Below are positions 12,801-26,623 of a DNA stretch of 64,000 bases, piece after piece; the stretch's first letter is position 1, and every line of letters begins with the position of its first letter. The notes beneath the pieces were generated by a model. It saw nothing but the letters and a program-made list of their open reading frames with translations, searched no databases and was not told the origin of the DNA. Origin of the DNA: Bilabrum cf. latius (taxonomy: Eukaryota); assembly GCA_965178125.1 (NCBI GenBank), contig OZ237752.1, positions 310,001 to 374,000 of the forward strand, given 5' to 3'. The position numbers and the translations under genes were made by a program.

Positions 12801-15800
12801 GGTCGCTGCGCTTGCCCTGCAGCAAGAGCCCCTCCATGCGGCTCAAGCGGTTGGGGGGTCCCCGGCGCCACCACCCGCGTACACCCTTGAGTGCATCGCT
12901 CCAGCCGCCAGTCAGCCCGGTGTTGTAGACGTGAGAGCATTTGTCGGGGGGGCCGACCCGGAGTTGGCCCCATACGAGGACGATGCTGCCGTGCCACTGG
13001 GTTCCGTACAGTTCGAGTACACCAGCGAGCCTGTGCTTCACAACGCTTCGTCAGGGGTGGTATTTGCCTCAACCGGAGGAAACACACTGGTTGTGCACGG
13101 ACAGGACTTGCTGCCCACCTCCGTGGCGCACAGAGGGTAGAACATGGCATCGCGGCTCGATGGTGGTCTTGCATAGATGGGACTGGAGCCCTCCTGCCGC
13201 TTCCACGGAGCCTTGTGGAGCAGCGACCCGATGGACGCACCAACCGTAGCGGCCACTTTCATAAATCAGTCTGCTATCCAGTGCACGGTTCCGGGGGGGC
13301 TGGAACCCGGCAGAGTCACGCTGCAGTACTCAATGACGGGGCAGGACAGCGGGTACACTCAGGCAGGGCTTGCTCTGCAAGTGATTTAGGCACCTGAGCC
13401 GCAGACTGTAGTGCCAAACGTTCTCACAGAGGAGACTTTCGTGGCATTGTAGGTGTTTGGCAGCAGATTTGTGCCCGCCGCTGGGCTGTCTTGCATCTTT
13501 GTCCGACAAGACTAGAGCACGTTGTCCCCTGCGCTGTTCGATGGCATGATGCATTCGCATGTGACAGTCGTGTCTGAGTTCAAAGCAACGTGCATCACCC
13601 CGAAGCTGAGGCCTGGGCGATACTACGTGGGTGTCTCGCTATCCGACTCTGTTGCAGCTGCTGCATCAGCGGTGCGCTGGCCAATCGCAATGGTGCGTGA
13701 ACGTCCCAGCGTTGGCACTGCTGTGCCGCAGGAGCTGCCATCCACTGGCGGCATGCGGGTGCGTCTCATCGGCTCGAATTTCATGCATGGGGTGCGGCAC
13801 GTGTGCCGATTTGCTCCGGTGGATCATGATGGCAAGGGGGCTATTCAAGTGTTCCCCAGCTACTCGAACGCCACCGTGGTCTCATCGAACGAAGTCTCGT
13901 GCCAGGCGCCTGCTCGGCCGGCGGGATCTTCCTCTCGCGTGACAGTCGGTGACCACCACAGCGGCTTTGGTGACGATGCCTCTGGGGCACTAGTCACGTT
14001 CGCCAACCCAGCGGTGATCGAGCGCATCGAGCCTGCGTTCGGGCCTGCGTCCGGTGGTACCATGGTTCGATTGTACGGACATGGGTTCAGGGCGGAGGAC
14101 ACAAATCTCTGTCACTTTGGGCAAACGGCATTGACCGAGGCATCAGCACCCGCAGGACTTGGTGCCTTGCTGGTGGCGGCTGCAGATGCTGCGTCGGGAG
14201 TGCGCAAGGCTGTCAGTGCAGGGGCTGGAGAGCTCGTCACACTGCCCACGCCTGCGCGGGTACTCAACTCGACCGTGATTGAGTGCCAGTCGCCTCAAGC
14301 AGTCACTACCAACCTTGTTCGCACTGGAGACCGCGGTGCCACGAGAGCACGCGTGTCCATTCGCACGGTGGCAGGTAGGATGACTGAGTTCGGTCCATCG
14401 TTCACCTTCTACACCCCCGCAATTGTGACATCAATCGAGCCAAGTTCAGGCCCGGATGTAGGTGGTACGTACATCACGGTGCGCGGCGGGAATTTCTTGC
14501 CAACGCGGCAATTAACCTGCAAATTCGGGGCGATTGCAGTGCCAGCGGTGTACGTTACCGAGAGCGAGGTCGGCTGCTGGTCGCCTCCGGCGTGGCAGGC
14601 TGCCGAGGCCGAGCGAGCCGTAGCATCGCCCAGCGTTGTCGCGGTGGTGGTATCAAACAACGGTGTGGACTTTGCGCCTGCCTTCTCTGGACTAGACGCT
14701 GGCTCTGCAGTGGTAAAGGCAATTGCTGCGGCGTCGCAGTCTACAGCCAACCTGTCTGATTCGGACGCTGGCGTGGTTGCATCCATCCGAAGGGCGGCGG
14801 GGTCAGCCGAGACTTAGGCTGAGATCCTCTTCGCTTACGCCAAGCAAGTGGATGTGCTCTCCGCGCAACCTGCTATTGTGTCTGGCTCGGGTGGAACCAC
14901 CGTCACCATCCGCGGCGGCCCTTTCTCGGGGGCGTCATCGGGGAGAGCTCGGTGCAGCTTCGGAGGAAAGCAGGTGGCAGCTTCCGTAATTAACTCAACG
15001 CATCTGCGATGCGAGACGCCTGCCCTTGGAGTAGGGTACACCGATGTGCGTGTGAGCCTGAACGGGGGCGCAGACTACTCCCACGCTTCGGTGGCTGTGA
15101 CTGCCATCCGCCCAGCACAGGTCGACACGATCAGGCCCATTCGAGGTCCAGCAGCTGGCGGCACCCCAGTCGCCGTGTCAGCCATCGTGTCTATTGAAAG
15201 CTCAATGCTGTCTGAGCTTATCGGCACCGCTGCTTGCCGGTTCGGGCAACACGATGTCGCCCCAATCAATGCAACAGCAGTGCCGGCAGGCTTGCACGGC
15301 TCCCAGCCCACGCATCAAGTCTCGCTCACATGCCTGTCGCCGCGGTACATTGACGCCAGCCCGGCGTTCCCCGGAGACGTCGACTCGACCCGCGACCGAC
15401 TCTCCGGCCCAGTCACTGTGCAGCTTCGGCTCGGTCCGGAGTTCAGCCCATTCGGGGGAGTGTTCCGGTACGACCCGCAGATGAACGTGACGAAGGTGCA
15501 CCCGTCGGCATTAGTGGCGTTCCAGAGAGATCCGGCCACCACAAGCATGGCTGGGGCCCTGCTGTCTGGATCTCCGAGGTCTGAGGTCACTCTGACTGGC
15601 TTCGGGTTCAGGGCCGCTGCCTCGGTGTCATGCCGCTTCCGCACGCTGCCCTCGACGTTCCTGCTTGGGAGCGAGCCCGAAGCGGGGGTGCGGCTGCGCG
15701 GGCTGCCGCCGCAGCAAGCGATGGAGAACAAGTACCAAGACTTTTTCACGAATGCCGAAGTGCGCTCCGAAGAAGAAGTCAGGTGCGAGGTGCCTCTTGG

Positions 15801-18800
15801 GGCAAGGTCTGGAGGGTATGCAGTGGCGGTGTCAATGAACGGCGGCGCCGACTACACTTACGATTCTCTCGATGCGGAGGTTGACGGAACCGCAGGGTTC
15901 TCGTCTACTGGGGCTGGGATTGGCAGCGGCGACTTCGCGCCGGGACCTCACGTGGTGTTCCTCGGCCTGCCTGTGGCGGAGGACGTGTCTCCTCGCCACG
16001 GGCCCCTGCACGGAGGTACCGTGGTGCGCATCCGCGGGCGCGACCTGGTTCCACGGCGAGACACGGGCGGCGAGTTGCTATGCAGCTTCGGTTCAAAGCA
16101 GGTTACACCTCTCAAGCACAGTTTCGCCCCAGAGGTCCTCCCAGTCGGCGCGGCTGACGACGAGGCGATGGACGAGGTGGTCTGTGTTGTGCCCGCTGTG
16201 TCTCTTGCCGCCGTGGTTGCGGCTGGGGGTGTGCCAGGCGTGGACGGAGCTGCGGTGCCTGTCGGCCTTTCCGTAGACGGTGGCCAGACCGTAGTGGATA
16301 CAGGCTTTACGTTTGAGTACGCAGCAGATCCCGGGCTTGTGGACGTGCTGCCGGCGCGTGCCGGCATATCCGATGACGTGGTTGTTACGGTCAGGCTGAG
16401 TCAGAAGCTGATGGCTTCGCCTGCATCCGCGCTGTCCGACAACCCCTTCTCGAATTTAGTTGCAAGGGGCGGTCTCGGTCGGGCCCTGCACCCTCGAAGG
16501 AACGCAAGCCTTGCCGCGCTCGTGGGTTACAGCAACTAGGAGGCCGAGCTCATCTTTGCGTTTGCCAACGGGACTGCGATCGGGACGGAGCTTGCAGAGA
16601 TGGCAGCTGCGTCTTCGGCGCCGGAGCAGACTTCAGTGCGATGCCGCATCGGTGGCTCCGCGGGGGTGGTGGTGCCTGCAATCTATCCGGGCACTCCTCG
16701 CCGCGCAGCTCCCGCGCTGGCCTCGCTCCGGTACAACACGCTGCTGGGTCCATCGGACGGAGGAGCCTTTACCGCGGCTGTGGAGGATCGCACGTCGGTG
16801 CCCCTTGCAGGATCACCCCTCGCCGGGCTGTCCAACGAGGCGGGGTGGTCAGACCCGGAGCTACACGTGGACTGCATGGTGCCATCGCAGCTGGTGGACG
16901 CCATTGTACCAAGGACGCAGAGACCCTCGCAGGCAGTGGCCACAGATCCGCAAACGGTGGCAATCGAGGCCGCCCGGCGGCTGGATGGAGCACAGATTGA
17001 GATTTCGACCAACGGCGGGGATTTCTCGACCAGCTAGGTGCGAGTGAGGCGGCCTGCCGTTCCTGTCGTCAATCGCATCTCTCCTGCCTTCCTGGAGCCT
17101 AGCGGCGGTTAGAGCGTGCTGATCGAGGGGTCGGGATTTGAGCCTGTGCTGACTCTCGTTTGCCGTTTCGATTTCTCCGGGGCTCCGGACGGGGGTGCCT
17201 CTAGCAGGCAAGGGTTCGGTATGCCATTCAGGGGCGCGGCTGGGGTGAACACTAGCGTCCTCGTCGCCGCCAGCTGGCTGTCTGCCACCCAGCTGCGCTG
17301 TCACGCACCCCCTGCAGCTGATGGGCCCATGTCCGTCGCTATTGTGGAGGTCTCGAACGACGGCGGGGCGACATTCTCCCAGTCCGGCCGCTCCGTCACC
17401 TACAGAGAAGTCCCGGAGGTGCACGCCGTGAGGCCGCAAGCCGGACCATACCACGGTGGTGTAGTCGTGACTGTGTTTGGCCGCGGGTTTGCCGCTGCTC
17501 AAGGCTTCGAGAGCATCGTGCCGAACCAGAACGCGCGGCGGCCCATGCTGTCGTGCCGCTTCGGGTCGGTGGAAGTGCCTGCGCTTCGGATCGTCTCCGA
17601 CAGTTCGCTGCAGTGCATTGCACCTTCCTAGCCCGCCGGTGCCGTTCGAGTGCCCGTAGATGTTTCCGTGGATGGACAGACCTTCTCGAGTTCTGGGATC
17701 TAGTTCAGGTACCGGGAGCCATCCTTCGTCACGAGCCTCCTGCCGGCCAAGGGGCCTGCCACCGGAGGCACAGCGATGCTGGTACTCGGAGAGGGCTTCG
17801 AAGATGCATCGCCAGCCTATGACGAGAGCGGCCTCCCAATGACCGGCGGCATCGTGCTGGGCATGCCCGAGCCGCTCAGCGGAGGCACGCTGCAGAACGT
17901 CGTGACGGAGGCTAGCCTGGTGACTGACCCGCTGAGGGCGGGCCCCGGTATGGCCTGGGGCACGCGAGACTTGACCGACAACGACGTGTTTGCTTCTTCG
18001 CTGCGGTCCAGGGGCAACCTTCTGTGTCGGTTCGGAGACGTGGATGGCGCCACTGTGCCTGCGCGCTACGTCTCGGAACACGCTGTGGAGTGCGTGACAC
18101 CATCCGTCCAGCTTCACCCGAGGTCGGACGGCCTGCAGGACGAGACCACCCGGGAGGTGGTCGTGCAAGTCAGCATGGATGGCGGTCTGAGTTGGGCTGA
18201 CTCTGGAAGCGTCTTCACGTTTGAGCCGGAGGTTGTGCTCGAGTCGCTTGAGCCCGCCTCTGGCCCGGCCGGCATGGGCGGCACGTTGGTTACACTGCGA
18301 GGGCGAGGCTTCACCAACACGGCTGTGCTCGGGTGCCGTTTCGGCCAGCAAGACGTGCAGGGGAGGTTCATTGACGAGCGAACTATCGTGTGCATTGCAC
18401 CCCCGCTAGGTCTCGGGGCGGTGCAAGTCCGTGTTACGCTGAACGGCGTGGACTACTCTCCGGCACTGCCTCAGGCCGTGGAACGGCGAAGCTTCGGCGG
18501 CGCGGTGGGCAGGAGGGCTGTGGATGAGCTAGCGTCCCTCGGCATCGGTACCTTCGAGGCGTGGCCGCGAGACGGCGAGTCCATCGCATGGGACGCGGAT
18601 GCGACCGAGATCGATTTGGTGGCAGCGCACAGGCTAGCCCTGGCCTACCCGGAGACGATAGACGGAAGACAGCCTCCGTCTGAGTGGGTGGATCTGCTGG
18701 CGAGCGGGCCCAGCACTGCGCCCGTGGCGCCCCTCTTCCATTACTTGCCACTCCCCACAGTCGCCACTGTGTCACCATCTCAGTCGCTCTGGTCGGGGTC

Positions 18801-21800
18801 GTTGCCGATCTACGTGCGAGGAGCCGGGTTCGCCAACACGACCGGCCTGGCCTGCGCGTTCGGGCCCGCTTCCGTCAAGGCTGTCTTCGTCAGCCCCACA
18901 TTGCTCATCTGCCCCGCACCGCAGCGCAGCAGCGCGCAGCGTTTCCCGGCCCAAACAGTGTCCGTGCGCGTGACGCTCAATGGACGCGACTTCAGCCAGA
19001 CGTCTGCTGCCTTCCAGTACCTCGGCTTCGTTCCTCCCGGCTACTACGCCATGGGGTACCAGCTGCTGCGAGCACCAAACGGCACCTACGTGCAAAGATA
19101 CGGGGCTCACAACTTCACCCTGGCTGAGCCGGGGTACTTTCAGCCTAGGGCAGGCATGACCGCACAACTGCCTTGCCCGGTTGGGTACTACTGCCCTGAC
19201 TTTGGGCTCTCTGCCCCCGTTCTGTGCGAGCCGGGCTACGTGTGCGACCGGCTCGGACTCGTGCAGCCCCGCACGCCCTGCCCGCGTGGACACTTCTGCC
19301 CTGCTGGCACCAAGTCGGACGACCCGCAGGATTTCCTCGCGGTGGAGTACCGGCCCCTGTCGGTCGATCTGGAGGAAATGGCCGCCCGAGGCTCGCTGCT
19401 TGACAATGAGACGGTGCTGGACCGGGAGGGCCGCAGGACGTTCCTCGAGGAACTGGACGACTGGAGGATGTCCGTGCTCGGGTACAACCGGGAGACTGCA
19501 GAGGACCCCGCCTGGGACGAGTGGTCGCTCAACCGCGAGTTCGGGCTCGCTTCGTTCAACGCGGGGCCCAGGGGATGGGAACCGCTGCCGAGGCCCTACC
19601 CAGAAGAGGGCAGGGAGCTGCTAGAGGACCCCCACCCGGGCTTTGATCGAACGCCGAGGAGGGACGACAGACACCTTCACGCGGAGAGGCCTCATCCTTG
19701 TCCTCTGGGCGACTACTGCCGCACCGGAGTGGCATCGAACGTCTCAATCCCCAAGAACTTTAGCACCCCGCAAAGATGCTTCGACGGGTTTTTCTGCTCC
19801 CGCGGGTCAGAGACCCCAGAGGGCGTGGGCCCGTGTCCCACCGGTTTCTACTGCCCGACCGAGACCGAGGCGTTCATCTGCCCGCCCGGGCACTACTGCC
19901 CGGGCACGGCCAACGTCAGGCCGCTGAGGTGCTATCCGGGCACCTTCAACCCGAACAGGGAGCAGAGCAGCTGCTCGCTGTGTCCCCCCGGGCACATCTG
20001 CCCAGATTTCAACATGACGGTGCCGGTCATCTGCCCGGCCGGGTTCATCTGCGCCGAGTTTGGGCTGCCGGAGCCGGTGGTGCAGTGTCCACCGGGCTAC
20101 TACTGCCCCGCGGGCGTCCTCACCTTCGATCTCGCCGCCAGCGTCGCGGAGGACCCGTTCGCAGCCCCCTTCGATGGCGACTACGATGAGACGATCGATG
20201 CCGCCATCCTCTCGATCGACGACGGCATCACTAGGACCGTGTCGAGAAGGCTGGCGGCGCTGAGGTTAGAGGAGCTGGACGAAGAGCGAGCCGTGGCAGG
20301 GGCTGAGATGCAGGCAAAGGACAACGCGGAGCAGCTGGGCTCGGGCCAAGCAGCCGCGCTGGAGATGCTGCAGCAGGCAGGGGAGGCCGTGAGGCAGGCG
20401 TGGGAGGGCAGACGAACGGCACGTCAGGTCGCGATGCTGGAGCTGGCTCACGATGCCGGCCTTGCTGCCGGCCTGCCGGTCAGCGCGCTTCGAGAGAAGG
20501 CGAGCACTGGGTTTGGCGGGGCGCTGCGTGCCGAGCACCTGGAAGCAACGTCCGCCGAAGCGCGCCGCCGGCTGCTCCGAGCGGTCGGCTCGGAAGAAGA
20601 CAAGGCCGCCACCCCAGCGAGCGCGTCACATGCTGCCAGGAGGCTCATAGCGAGTGCTGCCAGGGCGGCCGGCTCGGCGGCAACAGCTGCCGACAGCCCG
20701 CTGCCTTCTCGTCTGGATGTGCCACTCGAGGCCATTGCAGGGTTCGAAGACGCTCGCAGGCGTCTGGGCATCCAGGACAACGGTCAGTTCGACAACGCGC
20801 CTCTCCCAACCGCCGACGACATCACTCAGACGAGGCAGGCCGTCGTCAATTACCTCGAGGAGATCATCGGGCCGGACTTCCCCTCCCGCGCGCAGTTCGA
20901 GGCGAGCCCTATCAAGCCGGTGGCTTGCCTGCCGGGCACATTCTGCTTTGGTGGCGTCGCTAGCAACGTCACCTTGGATTGGCTGCCTCAGAGCCCCAGC
21001 GGTGCGTCTGCTCCGTAGACCTGCACGGAGGGTAGCTACTGCAGGTTTGGCGCGGGTTCGCCGGCAGGATCCGGCGCCTGCTTCCCTGGCCACTTCTGCC
21101 CCCCCGGGTCTGTGTTCCCCACACAGGCACCGTTGGGTACCTTCGCGTCTGGCTCGGGCAATGTGGCGCCGACACTGTGCTTCCCGGGCACGTACGCGGC
21201 GCTTCTGTCAACGTCGGAGTGCAGGCCGTGCCCCGCCGGGTTTACTTGTGCCGGGTACGGGACGTACATCCCGACCATCTGTCCAGCCGGAACCTACCGC
21301 ACGCTTGCCGACAGCATCAGCTGCAGGTTGTGCCCCGAGGGAACGTTCTCTGCGCGAACCGGACTCACCTCCATTCTTGACTGCGAGCCGTGTCCCGCGG
21401 GCCGCGTGTGTGGGCAGGAGCGGATGACCAACCTCACGCAGTCCTCGCCTTGCCCCGACGGACACGTGTGCGGAGACGGCACGACGAAAGCGAAGCAGTT
21501 TGACCACCCGTGTCCCGCAGGCGTCTACTGCGATGAGCAGACACGGCCTGCCAACCAGCTGGACTCGGCGTGCGAGCCCGGCAGCTACTGCCTCCGGGGC
21601 ACCAAGGCCTACCTGCGCAACAGGAACAAATGCTCTGTGGGCTACTACTGCCCGCTGGGCACGACGGATTCGTTCCCAACAGAGACCATGTGTCCTTTCG
21701 GCACTACAAGCAAGTCGGGGGTCACCCGTATCACGGATTGCGAGCTGCAGCCGGTGCGGGTCTGCGACAAGGACCCCAACCGTATTTACTACCCTCGCTT

Positions 21801-24800
21801 CTCGTACACGTTCAACGGGGAAGACGTGGTCTTCGACGATGGCGAGAATGAGATCGAGGTGCTCCGGCACATCAACCCTGTTAACGAGAGCGCTTCGGAT
21901 GCGTACTGGCGCAACGACTCGACGCCGGTCACTCGGATCTGCCCCAGCATCGTCACACCCGTCGATCTGGGAATCCCTGACGGAGCCACGGGTGATGCCG
22001 ACGTCTCTGAGGTCGAAAACGACCCGGGCACAAGCCTTGACCTGGTTGTGATCGGCCGCAACTTCGATCCTGATACGCCGCTGTTCTGCCGCTTCCAGAT
22101 GGACGTGACGGCGGGCAGTGCCCTGGACGGCGTGGTGCAGGGCACGGACAGCCTCTCGGCAGATGGAAGGCTCAGGCCGGTGACCTTCACTCGCGGCACG
22201 GTGCACTCGGAGTACAGGCTCACGTGCCCGCTGCCATGGCACACTGGCATCCCCGCGGGCGATGCCTGGCAAGCCGCGCTGGATGCCGGAACAGCCGGCG
22301 TGCCCGACTCGATCACCCTGAACGTGACAGTGCTTCAGCTGGCGGGGAAGTCGGTGGGTGAATCAGCGCAGCTTGTGGTGAGCCCCAACCGCCTGGGTCT
22401 GACCAACGCCGAGTACCAGTCGCAGCAGCTGGACCAGTGCGGCGCGCGGCTGGCAGGGGAGGAAGAGCCTCTCCCCGACGACCCGCTAAACCGGTGGTTC
22501 GAGGTCAGGGGTCTCAGCGTCGCCCAGATGCAGTTCGACTTTGCCCACCTTCCGGTAGAGCTTACCTACGACGAACACTTCCGTATCGCCATCACTGTGG
22601 TACCCTCCATCTGCACGGACGAGAAGTGCGACGAGGAGAGGATTCGCGTCTCAAACACTCCCGAGAATGAGGCACTGCTTGAGACGACCCCTTGCAAGCA
22701 GCCGCTGGCCCTGAGCACCTGGTTCCTGGACCGGAGCGTGGAGAAGCGAAGGGTCCTGAACGTGTCCGTCGTGGCCATGGAGGACGTCCGCATGAACGTG
22801 CAGCTGCACATGATGTACGGGCTGTACCTCTCCGTGGCGCCCCAGCTGATCAACACCACCACGGTACGGATCTCCTCGCCCGAGAGGGCCAGGATGATCT
22901 ACGGGGTGGATCGGCCCTCCACGCGGGTCCTGCCCGAGTGGCTGACTTCGCAGGAATAGAGGCGCTTCGTCGAGTACACGTTCGCCGCCATCTACAGGAG
23001 GGAGTACCTGGAGGAAATCTCGGTGCCGCTGAACCTGCCGCCCAGGTTCGAGGGGCTTGAGCGGGGCCGGGTGCTGCCCATCTTCAACGTGTCGGAAGAG
23101 ACCTCCCAGTCGGAGGTGCCGTGGGTGCGGGACCCTACGGAGGACGTGCGTCCCGGGCCGGAGTACTGGGAGCCCCCACTGGGGAACCTGGCTTAGCAGA
23201 TCGAAAAGTACAGGGAGACGTACCACGAGGCGTTCCAGGCCGGGGACGGGCTGCAGTACACCTTCACCAAGCTGACCATCCCGTACCTGCCGTACATTAG
23301 CAACTGCAAGGGCTACGACAGCTACATTCCGATCTTCCACCTGCTCGAGTCGGACCAGTGCGAGCTACCAGTAGAGGGCACGGCACCTGACAAGCTGTCC
23401 CACTTTTCCTCGGACTACAGGCAGGGCTTCTCCCAGTTCCCCCACCCAGACGACATCGAGGTCGTGGAGTGGACCGATTTCTTCCAGTCGCCGGTGGCGG
23501 ACGAGTGCTACAGGGTCCTGCAGTGCAAGTACGAGGAGACGCTGCCCACGAGGGATGTCAACCCGAGGTGGTTCGAGGTGGCCTCGGACACGGAGCTCTT
23601 CCAGCTGCTCAGGCGGCCCATGACGCTCGAGGAGATCCAGCAGGGCGGCAGGAGGCTCGACGATGTGCTAAACGACGAGGGCCTTGACACGTTCATCCCC
23701 GTGCTGGTGGATCGAAGCGACGCTGATTTGATCCGTGGTGAGTGCACGAGGCTGTGTTTCCCGCGGGCGGTAGACCTGGAGCTGAAGTACTACCAGCAGA
23801 CGCGCAACATCAAGCGCATCATCAGCGCGACGTTGTACCTGCGTGACTTCGACAGGCAGGCCACCTCGACCGAGTACGAGTTCAGCGTGCTCTTCCACCC
23901 GCTCAACTACCTCGATCTGGTGATTGCCTTCGCGTTCGAAGAGCTGACCTTTGTTGTGCTCTTCATCGTCGTGGGCGCGCTGACCCTGCTTGCGTCCATC
24001 CTGTTCTGGGCCGTGCACAGGGTCTTCGCCAGGTCGCCCATCCCGCTGAGGTACCGCTTTTTCGTCAAGCTGGTCATCCCGCCTGCCTTTGCCGGGATCC
24101 TGCTCGGCCTCGTCCCCGTGGCTATCATCGTGGGCGGGCTGCACCTGCTCATCCGAGGCGACCAGCACTTCAACCCGGACGCCGATCTTGAGGACAGATG
24201 GCTCCTCGACAACCTGTACGGTCACTACATCGAGGCGGAGGTGGACACCCGGCTGATCCCGACCTACAGGCGGGGCCGGCTCGGGTTTGGCTTCCTGGTC
24301 ATGGCGGGCTTCCTGCTCGTCCTGTCGTCGTACATCTTCGTGCCCAAGCTGATCAGCAAGCGCGAGAGGCGCATCGAGCAGTCTGACGATGTCGTGCTAG
24401 GGCGGGACTCGACGTGGACCCCGACTATGTGGAAGCGAAGCCTTCACGTGATCGTCAGTGTCATGTATGCCTTGTTCCTGGTGGGCATTGTGGAGTTCTC
24501 GTTCTGGGACAACTACGGGACTTACATCTGGTACGTGATTGTGGCCCTCAAGTTCGTGGCCATCTTCACGGACCTCGTCATCGGCAATTTCATGAAGGAG
24601 TCGCTGCTGGTGGCTCCTCTTGGGGCGGCCATGGGTATCGTGCAGACGCTCATCACGCTCGGTTCGGAGGACTTTGCGGATTTCCTGCTGGCGTACTCGA
24701 TCGAATTCGGGCTGATGCTTCTAGAGCGGACCTACATCGGCCCTCTCATCGATTTCCTGATCGATTTCGTCTCCGAGACGACTGCCACCGTCATGGACTG

Positions 24801-26442
24801 GATCCGCGGCCAGATCCGCGCCTTCCGCCGCGCAACTCTGGAGGAGGAGCTGCTTGCTGAGGAACAGCGGGCCCGCCGGATGGTGAAGAACAGGGAGGTG
24901 GAGATCCCCGTGGAGGGCCAGAACACCGTCGAGCCTCTCTTGGATGCATTCGCGGGGTACTCGATGGACACGCTGGCCCTATACTACAGCCCTGTCATCA
25001 TCTTCATGTTCATCTTCTTCCGGCAGGAGATGGAGATCCCCGACCTGTACTCGATCCGGGAGCAGGACATGAGGTACTATCTCTGGTTCGCGCTGATCGT
25101 GGGCGCCTTTTAGCTGCTAGCGGACATCTTCCTGCTCAACGTGCTGGAGCTTTTCCACGGCTGGAAGATCCACGACTACTTGTCCTACACCGAGTACAGG
25201 TTCGCCCAGAGAGAGGAAAGGTGGAAGGGCATGGGCGACAACCTGGATGAGTGCATCGAGGAGTCTAGGAGGACGTTGGACCTCATGTGCTTCTCCTCGC
25301 AGTACTACCTCATGTGCACGCTGCACTGCTCCGGGATCGTCTTCTTCATCCTCGGGCTGGAGATCGTGATCCGCGCAAAGTACAACTTCTTCGGTGATCC
25401 CGCCGCGCTGCTGCTGATCGTGCTGGTCATCGTGGCGTGCCTCCTCCTGATGCGGCTGCTGCTGCTGCTCGCCGACATCGTCGGGCTCTGGCAGACGCGG
25501 AACCAGGGCACGGCATGGCACGTGGACGCGCTGGCAGAGGAGGGGCCCGAGGAGAAGCTGCCCGGCTGGGACGAGCTGGAGAAGATGCGCGGGGCGGCGC
25601 ACGAGCAGTACCTCATGAACCAGAAGCTGACCAGCGAGACCTTCCGGTTCAAGTTCCTGGACTACAACCGGGAATGGCTGGTGCAGCAGCTCCCCAACAT
25701 CCTGACTCCCAGGACGCTGCGGAGGGCGAGACCCTACCTCATCGCGCAGTTCGCCCGTATCCTGGGTACCGTCAACCCCGACATCAGCTCTGATGAAGAG
25801 GATGACGATGACCTGGAGAGGAGATTTGGGCCGGTTGACATGGGTCCCACGTCGCGGACGATCGCCCGGATGTGGCTGTCGCTCGCGAGGCGGAGGCTGA
25901 AGCTCAAGGAAGTGGTGAGGCCCTTCATCGCCAGGCAGCCCAGGGAAATCCAAGCGGAGCTGTACCGCTGCGTGGATCCTCTTGGCGACCGCTTCGAGCG
26001 GGAGAACCCAGACATGGAGGAGTTCGACCAGGTCAAGTGGAAGCGTTTCTTCGAGGAGCACGCCCTGCCCTTCATGAGGGAGAGGAGGGCGGCGGAGGCG
26101 GAGAGGAGGCAGCAGCGGCTGGGAGAGGGTTTCGAGGACGACGCGGGGCTGGAGCAGGACTATGGTCCGGTGTTCCTGAGGCGGCCAGCCAAGGCCATCA
26201 TCTCCAAGTGGCTGAACGACGCGAGGCGAGCCATCGCGAGGCGCCGCGGGGAGCGTGTCCGCTATGACGTCAGCGATGATGATGACTCGGACGATAACGT
26301 GGCGGGCTTCGAGTGGGCGAGGCAGCCGGTGCGCGCGTCCGAGTCCACCAAGGCGATCGCAAAGAAGTGGCTGCAGCACGCCAGGTACCAGGCGTCCAAG
26401 CGGCCCGGGGGACTCAAGGGCAAGAGGAGGAGGCCTCGGTGA
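1..26442 (+). CDS. Giant cell-surface protein (>=8813 aa, 5'-incomplete): many IPT/TIG-like domains, then Cys-rich CPxGxYC (GCC2/GCC3, ephrin-receptor-like) repeats, a multipass TM domain and a cytoplasmic tail; requires TAG=sense
   Basis: All long + ORFs from 1..4251 to 25141..26442 share frame 1. I read the gaps: only TAG separates them (4249, 4537, 5881, 6004, 6268, 6352, 6436, 6586, 8356, 9616, 9904, 10780, 13138, 13174, 13387, 13450, 13513, 14815, 16537, 17035, 17110, 17629, 17701, 21016, 22957, 23194, 25111). The first non-TAG stop is TGA at 26440. IPT/TIG pattern (SxSPxxGPxxGGTxVxVxGxGF...CRFG...CxSP...VSxNGxDF) runs to ~19000, Cys repeats ~19030-21750, hydrophobic helices ~23890-25490. 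Confidence 0.92.
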
Positions 26443-26623
26443 TCGAGAGATTGCGCTTGGAACGATTGTTGGTAGAATATATTTCAACTATGATTCGAAA
26501 GGCTCATATGCATTCAAGTAGTGACCGAAAACCACATGCCGCCTGAGAGCGTGAGGCATATTTTGATCAGACCGGAGCTGAACGGACAGGTTGCCGACGA
26601 AACTGTACAATCGAGATTTTGCG

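Noticed and set aside
4249-25113. TAGs as 3' splice sites of tiny introns
   Set aside because: Most have no suitable GT donor, domain motifs run straight through them, and TAG aligns with Gln codons in paralogous repeats.
38-26487. Many antisense and alternative-frame ORFs over the giant gene (e.g. 16861..18351 -, 25117..26487 -)
   Set aside because: Shadow ORFs from GC-rich codon bias, with no recognisable motifs.
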